Positions 11,469-40,166 of a DNA stretch of 44,750 bases are shown here, piece after piece; positions within the stretch are counted from its first letter, which is position 1; each line of letters starts with the position of its first letter. The position numbers were made by a program, and so were the translations under genes. Source of the DNA: Octopus bimaculoides (lineage: Eukaryota); the NCBI RefSeq assembly GCF_001194135.2, contig NC_068983.1:162539215-162583964 (forward strand), in the 5' to 3' direction. The notes under the pieces are model-generated. The model was not told the DNA's origin. It was given only the letters and a program-made list of their open reading frames with translations, and searched no databases.

Positions 11469-11673
11469 GTAATGTATGTATGTGTCAGTGTCTTTGTGTC
11501 TCTGTTTGTCCCCTACCACCGCTTGACAACCGTTAACTAGCGGTTCGGCAAAATACACCGATAAAATAATTACTTGTATTTATTTTTAAGTACTGGTGTC
11601 GGTTCGTTTGACTAAACCCTTCAAATCGATGCCCCAGTACGGTCGCACTCTAAAGACTGAAGCCAGTAAAAGA
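11222..11673 (+). mobile_element. tRNA-derived SINE family D/C (head, microsatellite, tail)
   Basis: GGGTTCAGTGTCACTG...CCTTGAGCAAGTGTCTTCTATTATAGC...GTGGATTTGGTAGAC head, (CT)n(AT)n centre, tail ending GAAGCCAGTAAAAGA; same layout as 18646-19040 and 20730-21068. Confidence 0.75.
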
Positions 11674-11766
11674 CCATAGACAGATAGAATAGAGAGATAG
11701 AGAAATGGCTAGACTAGATAGATATATACGCACTCTATGTACATATATACGAGGTGCCTTTTTATT

Positions 11767-11821
11767 CCGGAAGTACTTTATTTTGTTTCCGAGTACGAAA
11801 CCGAACCGGAAGTGATGTCAC
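11767..11821 (+). promoter_or_regulatory. Putative promoter of the THAP-transposase gene: two ETS sites, the second as an ETS-CRE-like composite
   Basis: CCGGAAGT at 11767-11774 and 11806-11813; CCGGAAGTGATGTCAC at 11806-11821; ~290 nt upstream of the ATG. Confidence 0.55.
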
Positions 11822-12105
11822 TAATTCTCTGTTCCACGCTTTCAGTGGTAATCAAAACAAAACTTTAACACAATTAAGCCAAGATTAGAGTTTATATATA
11901 AATATCAGGTTTTATGGTGATGATGATGAACAATTGTATAGTTCCTTTCTAAATATACAACAAATGCTTTAAAAATGCATAAAGCCAACCACAAAATGAA
12001 GGAGGTCGAAAATAAGCGACAAAAAGTTTGATGCAACAACAACAACAACAACCATCATCAAGGTTGATTAAAGTGTTGGATTGATTAGATCCGGATCGAT
12101 ACTAA

Positions 12106-12485
12106 ATGGCTGAAGATCAAACATCTGGAATGACGACGACTTCGACTTGTATAACAACAACAACCACATCAACATCATCGATGTCCTTATCGAGTGGCAA
12201 GAGTTCGATCAGCTCAGAGACTCCTCCAGTTGCTGCTGTGGCCGTGACCACAATTAAGCCATCATCGGATGAAAATAAAACGAAACTACTACAGTTGTTC
12301 ATCTCAAAGCAAAAAGGACAGAATGCTTTCTGTTGTGTACCACTGTGTAAGAATTCTTCAAAGAAAAATCCCAATTTGCATTTCCACACTTTTCCAAAAG
12401 AAGACAAGATAATTACTTCTGGTGCTCGATGTGGAGAAAATCTTCGGAAAGTTTGGCTTTGTCAAATCCACCGCAAAAAATTCAA
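12106..12485 (+). CDS. THAP/Harbinger(ISL2EU)-transposase-derived gene, exon 1: Ser/Thr-rich extension and first half of THAP
   Basis: ATG 12106; CCVPLC..S...LHFHTFPKE...W motif; AA|GTAAGT donor, phase 2. Confidence 0.85.
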
Positions 12486-13465
12486 GTAAGTTAATTATTT
12501 GAAAGATCCAGATACCCCACCCCTTATTATATATAAACAAAACTTTCAAATTAGATTTTTTTTACAAAGAAATATACTTTACGATTCAGTATTATTAATT
12601 AGTGACTGGATTAATTAAAATTATTTAGTTTTGATTAGCTTTATAGATCTCGAATCGAATGTGTAATGTTACTACTCCTTATTGTTGCAGAAAATTATTA
12701 TCAAGGCTGGACAATCGTTGGCACATCGGATAAAGTGCTTAGTTGCACTTCTTCCGGCTCTTTACGTTCAGAGATCAACTTTGCTTTTCATCCTTTTGGG
12801 GTCGATAAAGTAAGGACCAGTTGAGTACTGGGTTCGATGCAATCAACTTGGACCCTCCAGTGAAATTGCAGGCCTTGTGCCAAAAAATCATCATCATCAT
12901 CATCATCATCATATTATTATTATTATTATTATTACACATTACGTTAAAGGAAAAAAAAACGTTTTATGTTGAAATACAATATTGTTTAGTGTTAATCTCA
13001 TGTCCTAACTCCGAATATTTACTTATTCTTGCCTTTTCTGCGACTCCCTTCTTTTTATTAGTTTCTGATTTCAAGTTGACTTCATGTAAACTGAGTACAG
13101 AGAAGCAGAATTTTGTTGCACAGGGTTTCGATCCCACCTTAAAACTACTTCTGTCACTTCACTTAGAACACCAGGAAGACATGTCTGTCATATTCCCTAT
13201 ATTACACAGTATATAATGTAGGGATATAATCGATTACTTGGTCAGAAAAGTAGCTGTGTACTTTCTGAATCAGTTATAGATTTTTCGATGTCGGCGCAGA
13301 TCGATCGTGTGTGCTACATACACCTATTATTCCCCGTGTCTTGGATGTTGTCTCGCGGGGAAAAGTTCTCAGGTCTTTATTAGTCTACATTTGTATATTT
13401 CACCTTCTGCCTTGCATACATCAATCTTTCATACCACACACACACACACATATATATGTATACAT

Positions 13466-13683
13466 AAGGCGGCGAGCTGGTAGAAACGTTAGCTCGCCGG
13501 GCGAAATGCTTAGCGGTATTTCGTCTGCCGTTACGTTATGAGTTCGAATTCGACTTTGCCTTTCATCCTTTCGGGGTCGATTAAATAAGTACCAGTTACA
13601 CACTGGGTCAATGTAATCGACTTAATCCCTTTGTCCTTGTTTGTCCTCTCTATGTTTAGCTCCCTGTGGGCAATAAAGAAATA
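13466..13683 (+). mobile_element. tRNA-derived SINE family B in the THAP-gene intron
   Basis: AAGGCGGCGAGCTGG...GAGTTCGAATTCGACTTTGCCTTTCATCCTTTCGGGGTCGATTAAATAAGTACCAG. Confidence 0.8.
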
Positions 13684-14019
13684 CATATATGTATACATTT
13701 AAGTTCTGTTTGGAGGAAGGTCCTGTGTCTATGGCTTTTTCTGAGAATTGGAAAAGATGTCTTCCTGGGGTTAAAAGGTAGTAACATAGTTCTACGTAGG
13801 ACGGCCACCTTGCATTGGCAAATAAACTTTCCAGTACAGTATAATTACTATTTAAATCTCATTTAAAGATTTTAAAACTAGCTTTTTTGCACCTGATACA
13901 TAATTAATGTTTTGCATAACCCCTTTGATATCAACCCACCTGAAATTGCCCCTGGTTCTATGATATATGCCTCTTGACTTTTCATCAGAATTTCTTGTTT
14001 ATTTATATTCCAAACACCA

Positions 14020-14220
14020 GCCCCCTTTTTGTCTTTGTAGCAGTTGACTATAATGCTGTTGCTGCACCAGTCATTGAGTATGACTTCTTCTTGTACAAAC
14101 TGATTAAGTATGAGTGTGATTAGGTTGTATTCTACTCCATCAGATATTTGAAGCATCACCACAGTAATTTCTCACCAACCTGTCTTCATATGCTTAATTG
14201 CTTTGTCTATCATATTGCTG
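14020..14220 (-). mobile_element. Older RTE LINE fragment in the THAP-gene intron
   Basis: Translates ...VILNDWCSNSIIVNCYKDK, homologous to the 1-312 fragment. Confidence 0.75.
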
Positions 14221-14532
14221 AGTAAACTGGAGCAATGTGAAATAAAGTGTCTTGCACAAGGTCACAGTGTGCCACCAGTAATTGAACTTACGAGCTTTTG
14301 CTCATGAGTCAAATATCCTAACAACAAAGCCACACACCTTTACAGTCATCTTATATAAGTGTGTAGAAATTTGATACAAGTGAAATTATAATTCTTGTAT
14401 GTTGGCCATATTTCCTGATATTACTCTTGGTAGTAAAAATATACTTCCAAAGATTACTGTTATGTGATGGGTAACACTCAAAAAGGTTTCTTTTTATCAT
14501 TTTGCAATACATTTATTTTTATTTTTTTTCAG

Positions 14533-15793
14533 AATTACAAAAGATACTCTTGTGTGTAGCGAACATTTCAACAACGAAGATTACAAACCAAGAACCAGAA
14601 GGAACAAGCTTTATGGACAACCTGGTCATTCTTTGCGGCTTTATGATAATGCTTATCCAACATTATTTAGCTGGAACAACTGGGGTAGAAGATCCTCTGG
14701 AACAGAGGAATGTCAAATGGAGACAAATAATAATTGTAACTTTGAACATACAGAGGTACCGGTCATTGATATGATGCACAATTATAGCCTTCCAAGTGGA
14801 ATAGACGATGCTGGTACGATAATTCAGGATTTAAGGAGACAACTTGATCAAGCAAAAATTGACAGTTTTCGATTTTCTTTAGAACGGTACAGTGCCGATG
14901 ATGCTTTAGTTGAACATTACACTGGCTTTGATTCTTATGGAATTTTAACCAAATTCTTTCATACTCTTGAAGAGTGGGAACATGCTTCAATTATGCGGTC
15001 CAAGATTCGTGTGAGTAGTAGAACTACTGAGGGGTTGCAGCCGGTTGGCTGTGAGAAGGGGCTTCAACTGATTGACCAATTAGTTTTGTATCAAATGTAT
15101 ATATATCGAGGACTGTCTGTGATGGATTTAGCAGCAAGATTTCTGGTGCCGGTTGATACTGTTTGGGATATAATTATTACCTGGGCAGATATTTTGTTCT
15201 TTTTCCTTGGCGTAATGACAGTTTGGCCCTCGAAAGAAGAAGTGAGAGAAAGTCTGTTGCCGATCAGCCTGAATGATTCCAAACTGAGTGACACTCGAGT
15301 TTGTCTTGAATGTGTGGAATTAAGATCAGAAACATCTGCGTCCCATGTTTTGAAAAGTCTGTCATATAAAGAATATAAATCAACTTATACTCACAAAGGT
15401 CTCATAGCCATCGTCCCAAATGGTACCGTGATATTTGTATCTCCTCTCATGTCTCATTGTCTGTCTGACCAAGATTTAACAATGAAATCTGGAGTTTTAG
15501 ATCTCTGTGAAAAAGGTGACGCTATAGTTGTGGACAGTGATTTTAAGATAAATAAACTGTGTTCCGAGCGTGGAATCAAAGTGTACCATTCCGATTATAA
15601 ACTGTGGGAAACATCAGAAACAACAGAAGATATGACAGTCTTCTGGTCACCCATCAAAAATGTCATGAGAAAAATCCTTGAAAATCAACTTTTTCTCTGT
15701 GTTCCATCGAATATCAAAGAAACGGTCTCACAAATGTGGGCTGTTGCTTGTCTACTTTGCAATTTCCAGATACAACAACCGAAAACAACGTAA
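14533..15793 (+). CDS. THAP/Harbinger(ISL2EU)-transposase-derived gene, exon 2: end of THAP, coiled coil, HTH and degenerate DDE domain; spliced product 546 aa
   Basis: TTTTTTTTCAG acceptor gives in-frame KKFK-ITKDTLVCSEHF...AYPTLF (THAP end); YTGF motif; DLAARFLVP..TV..II.TW (HTH); YK...T.KGLIAIVPNG.VIFVS...SD, GDAIVVDSDF, QMWAVACLLCNFQ (DDE_Tnp_4-like); no internal stops. Confidence 0.88.
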
Positions 15794-16129
15794 CAACTGC
15801 TAATTAAACTGTTAATTACATATGGAATTTTAATGAATTATTTTTATTTTATAACAAAATATAAAAAAAAAAAATCACTCATTATTTCTTTGTTTAATGT
15901 TGGGTCTTTTATTGTGGAATTGGCAATAACTAGCTTTTAATTAGTGTTATTCTTTGTATTTGTAGAGAAGCAAACAAGGTTGGAGGTTAAGATACTGACT
16001 TGTTATCGATATGGTCATGGGTTCAATTCTTACTATAGTCAGAATAAGGTATAAACAAAATATATTATGGTTCAGTGATCATTTGGGGAAGGGTTTCCAG
16101 TTATGAATTTGCTTCAACAAAATACTTTC

Positions 16130-16505
16130 TTCCAACAGTACCGCCTGATTGGCACTCATGCCAGTGGAACGATAAAAGCACATCCAAGTGTGATCGTTGC
16201 CAGGGCTACGGATTGGCTCCTGTGCAGGTGGCACATGAAAAGTACCATTTGAGCATGATCGTTGGCAGCGTTACTTTAGCAGCATGTGAAAAACAACATT
16301 CAAGCGTGGTTGTTGCCAGAACCGTTTGACTGGTCCTCATGCCGGTGGCACATAAAAGCACTCACTACACTCTCGGAGTGGTTGGCATTAGGAAGGGCAT
16401 CCAGCTGTAGAAACTCTGCCAAATCAGATTGGAGCCTGGCTTGCCAGTCCTCAGTCAAACCGTCCAACCCATGCCAGCATAGAAAGCGGACGTTAAACGA
16501 TGATA
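16130..16505 (+). mobile_element. RTE 3' UTR copy
   Basis: Reverse complement of the 40167-40650 sequence, ending AAAGCGGACGTTAAACGATGAT. Confidence 0.8.
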
Positions 16506-16924
16506 ATGAAGGTTAGTTAGGAAAAATAAAGTAAACTGTGAATGGCATCTCCTTTCCTAAGATTTGATCTAAACCCATTTCATTCTCACTTGGGAACTCA
16601 TCCAAAATATTTCAATTTATTGACCAATATGTAACTGCTTTTCCAGTTCATTTGCATCTGGTCCTTGGAGTGCCTTTAGCAGAATTCCTCTTTTGCAAAG
16701 ACTCAGAGGAAACATTTTGTCCCTTCCACCCCTGTTTTTATCTACAAACACTTCTGCTGAGCATTGATCAAGGAATACCTGAAAGAAGTTGCAGGCACTG
16801 CCATTACTAATTTGAAAAATAAAATTGAAACCTATAATTCCAATTTATTAAATTATATCTAAATCTTTTCATTTTGAAAGATTATCTGCCATATATTGTC
16901 AAAGTTCTAACATGTCTCAGAATA

Positions 16925-17150
16925 CAGTTCTATATTTCAGAGATGAGGAATTATTTACATTATTTACATTTGACAGATATTTGTCCTCATCTTGTTTGTT
17001 GTTAACACGTTTCGGCTGATATACCCTCCAGCCTTCATCAGGTGTCTTGGGGAAATTTTGAACCTGGGTTCTCGTTCCTATGGTATTTTTCGATGTTATT
17101 ATTATTATTATTATTATTCAGGTCACTGCCTGGAATTGAACTCAGAATCT
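16925..17150 (-). mobile_element. tRNA-headed, hammerhead-containing SINE-like element, copy 2 (head truncated, full 3' tail)
   Basis: Same body as copy 1; (AAT)n tract; tail ...GTCAAATGTAAATAATGTAAATAATTCCTCATCTCTGAAATATAGAACTG. Confidence 0.8.
17004..17046 (-). ncRNA. Minimal type I hammerhead motif: intact CUGAUGA and GAAAC, 3-nt deletion at the cleavage site
   Basis: GACAC CUGAUGA A GGCUG GAGGGUAUAU CAGCC GAAAC GU GUU. Confidence 0.55.
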
Positions 17151-18645
17151 GGTACTGTCAGTAAAACATTCAGTTTATGCTGAAATTATCCAAGTTTCAA
17201 CATCAATTGGTTGTTTGATTAACCTAACACATCAACACTTGATCATTACTTTAATAATGACTCAAGCTTATTGATTTTATCGGGTGAATATAATTAAATG
17301 AATCAGCCTAATCATTTATCTGGGATTTATTTTGATGGCTTTTGGATTAAGAATCCAACTTCAGTCTTCTACTTTGCTTTCGATAAATTAAGTACTAGTG
17401 AAACATTGGGGTAGGTGTAATCGACCAGTCCCCTCCCCCCAAATTTCAAGGTCTTGTGCCCTCAGTAAAGAGGATTATTTCAAGACTAAGGACAAGAGAT
17501 CGTAGTCTGGGTGAAAGGACATAACTCTGCATGTTAAGAAAATAATGAAATCGCACTGGATCAAAGGTGAGTAAACAGTCTAAAACGTATCCAGTTGTTA
17601 AAATAATAATTTATGTCTTGACAGTCTAGGGTAATCGGTTGTGCTGTAAAATAATGGAGATAAATTGCTACTGTGTTGCAAAGAAAAACTTAATCGATCG
17701 TAAATAGAATTATCTCAATGGAATGATCAACAACTTGAGTGGCACATAAAAGCACCCACTACACTCTCAGAGTGGTTGGCATTAGGAAGGGCATCCAGCC
17801 ATACCATGCCAAATCAGACTGGAGTCTGATGCAGCTTTCCAGCCCCGGTCAAATAGTCCAACCCATGTAGTACAAATGTCTTGTTTTCATAAGTTTTGAA
17901 TTAAAATCTTCCACCAAACCTTAGTCACAATTTATGTTCCTAACAATAGCTTAATGATAACTAAGTTATTTTACTAAATTCTTTGTTATATTTAAAGTAA
18001 TTGAGAGAAACACAGAACATCTCAAAATACAATAACGAAAGGGTGAAATGATGATGATGATGTTGGGACTAAGAAAGGAACGTCTCAGGTTTTCCATGAA
18101 AAAGTTTCTTAAGTTAAAGAATTTTGCAAAGATTGTAAGTACTTCCATTACCATGTCTCAAAACGTTCAATAAAGAGAAGATATTGGAGGACATTGTCAG
18201 TGGCTGTGACTCAAATATTGGAAATGCATGTGAAATGTTGATTAAATGGTAAAAACGCAATGTTCTGAAACACAGTTGAGTTATATAAGTCAAACAGTGT
18301 TTGGTATATACTAGTATTAATAGAGAGAAGGCATGTGGCTTAGTCATTAAGGGGCGTTCATCTCACAACCATATGGTTGTGTGTTCAATTCCCAGTGGCA
18401 TGGTATGTCCTTGAGCAAGGCACTTTATTTCACGTTGGTCCACTCCACTCAAATGATAACAATGAGTATTATATGTAATTTCAAAGAGCCAGTCCTGTCA
18501 CGAAGAACCTCCCAGAGAACTACGCTAGGGATATGCATGTCTGTGGAGTACTCAGCCACTTGCATACTAATTTCATGAGCAGGTTGTTCCATAGATCGAA
18601 TCAACCGGAACCCTTGCAACTGACAGAATGCCAGTATTATCACTA

Positions 18646-19040
18646 CTCTTTTACTTGTTTCGGTCATGACTGCGGCCATGCTGGAGCACTACCTTTATAG
18701 TCGAGCAAATCAATCCCAGAGTTTATTCTTTGTAAGCCTAGTACTTATTCTATCAGTCTCTTTTGCCGAACCGCTAAGTTACGTAGACGAAAACACACCA
18801 GCATCAGTTGTCAAGCGACGTTGAGGGGACAAACACAGACAAACAAACACACACATATATATATACATATACATATATACGACGGGCTTCTTTCAGTTTC
18901 TGTCTACCAAATCCACTCACAAGGCTTCGGTCGGCCCGAGGCTATAGTAGAAGACACTTGCCTAAAGTTCCACGCAGTGGGACTGAACCCGGAACCATGT
19001 GGTTGGTAAGCAAGCTACTTACCACACAGCCGCTCCTGCG
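18646..19040 (-). mobile_element. tRNA-derived SINE family D/C, full copy
   Basis: Minus strand begins GGCGCAGGAGCGGCTGTGTGGTAAGTAGC...CCGGGTTCAGTCCC; central (TA)/(CA) microsatellite; tail ending GAAACAAGTAAAAGA-like. Confidence 0.8.
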
Positions 19041-19693
19041 CCTATATATATTATATATAGCCCAGTGCGCTTATAATAAAATCTACAACTGGTAATATTT
19101 AGATATTAAGTTTCGCATTTATCCTTCCTAGATGTTTTCATATCCTCTAATTTTTGACGAGACATTCATATCCGGCAAGCAGCTGATCTCTATGAATGTG
19201 CACGTTGTTTGCTATTACCATACAGCAATATCTGGTCTGATTTTCGTGAAACCGTTTCATTTAATGTGATCTAAACAAATCAGAACTGGTTGCCGAGCAG
19301 TAAAACTCAAGTACGAATAAGCATCCGCACCACCACCACACGTATGCACAAGTATGTACGATACGTTTCAGTGCAGCTTCCATTTACTTAACTCGCTCGC
19401 AAGACATTGGAGCTATAATAGAAAACATTACGTGCCGCCCAGCGAGAATGAACGAGGTTGAGAATCGAACTTCTTAACTGCACCACCAATGCTTGCTCCG
19501 ATTTATGAACGCACATGCGTTTATNNNNNNNNNNGTTGGTAAGCAAGCTACTTACCACACAGCCACTCCTGCGCCTTATTATAACAACTTGATAAGTGTC
19601 AGTCAGAACTTCAAATTTGAGAAAATTCCCTCAACAATTAAAAACTTGGAAATAAATGGATAAGAAAGAAGCTTGGAAATCAAATAAAGAGAC

Positions 19694-19787
19694 TTTATTA
19701 AGACACAATTATTAAATTTAGCTTTACAAATATACAAAATATTTTTGGGGAATAACAATACAATTTTATAAAAAAAAAAGATTTATT
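19694..19787 (-). terminator. Candidate MCM5 polyadenylation signals
   Basis: AATAAA on the minus strand at 19782-19787 and 19694-19699, downstream of the stop. Confidence 0.45.
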
Positions 19788-19832
19788 AGGATATTTGTCC
19801 TCTGTCTACAACCTTCAGTTTGTGGCAAAGAA

Positions 19833-39003
<19,171 letters not shown>

Positions 39004-39054
39004 TTTCCTGAACAAATTTAGTTACAGATGAAGACAAACAACAAGATTTTAGAA

Positions 39055-39084
39055 GCGGGCAAATTGGCGGGAGATATTTCGCGC
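39055..39084. promoter_or_regulatory. E2F-type sites in the MCM5 proximal promoter
   Basis: TTTCGCGC (39077-39084, matches TTTSSCGC), TTGGCGGGAG (39064-39073) and GCGGGCAAA (39055-39063), 50-80 nt upstream of the ATG. Confidence 0.65.
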
Positions 39085-39571
39085 GTTTTTTGTCCCGTTC
39101 TTACAAAAATCGTAGGAAAAGACGAAACGAAAAATAGGATTTAATTTTGGTTTTAAAGAAAATAGAAAATAGAAATAATAATTTTAGAGATAGACTTTAA
39201 ACAGAAAAAAGATATCTTTTTACAATGATAAAAATATGATTTAGGTCAATAACTTAGTGTTTTAAGTATTTTTCGTAATTTGCTTTATTATAATCGAGTC
39301 GTCGAAGTACACAGGAGTAATTTTATAGTAACTTAATAGTTAAAACAATGAATGTAAGACAGCTGTAAGAACGAATAAATCTGGGAAATATTTATAGAGC
39401 TATATATTTAAAAAATAACAACAAAAAGACAACGGTGGAGTGATGTGACTCTCAGTCAAAACTGTTTGAATTTAAATTAAAGTACATTCTAAGATTTTAC
39501 AACTAGTTGTCTATCTCTGAACTCCAGTGCATGACCAGAACTCAATTCATTTTTGTTATAAACAGTGGTAA

Positions 39572-39760
39572 GACAGGCGACGAGCTGGCAGAATCGTTAG
39601 CACGCCGTGCGAAATACTTAGCCGTATTTCGTTTGCCGTTACGCTCTGAGTTCAAATTCCGTCGAGGTCGACTTTGCCTGTCAGCCTTGCGGGGGTCGAT
39701 AAATTAAGTACCAGTTGCGTACTGAGATCGATCTAATCGACTGCCCCCCCCCCAATAAAT
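39572..39760 (+). mobile_element. tRNA-derived SINE family B
   Basis: ACAGGCGACGAGCTGGCAGAATCGTTAGC...GAGTTCAAATTCC...GACTTTGCC...GGGGTCGATAAATTAAGTACCAG. Confidence 0.8.
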
Positions 39761-40166
39761 AACGGTACGAAATTTTAGCTAGGTCTTGTTAACTATANNN
39801 NNNNNNNNNNNNNNNNNNNNNNNNNNNNNNNNNNNNNNNNNNNNNNNNNNNNNNNNNNNNNNNNNNNNNNNNNNNNNNNNNNNNNNNNNNNNNNNNNNNN
39901 NNNNNNNNNNNNNNNNNNNNNNNNNNNNNNNNNNNNNNNNNNNNNNNNNNNNNNNNNNNNNNNNNNNNNNNNNNNNNNNNNNNNNNNNNNNNNNNNNNNN
40001 NNNNNNNNNNNNNNNNNNNNNNNNNNNNNNNNNNNNNNNNNNNNNNNNNNNNNNNNNNNNNNNNNNNNNNNNNNNNNNNNNNNNNNNNNNNNNNNNNNNN
40101 NNNNNNNNNNNNNNNNNNNNNNNNNNNNNNNNNNNNNNNNNNNNNNNNNNNNNNNNNNNNNNNNNN

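Noticed and set aside
15803-15874. ATTAAA followed by an A-run after the THAP-gene stop, suggesting a retrocopy
   Set aside because: The gene retains an intron and no TSD is seen; probably an ordinary A-rich 3' UTR.
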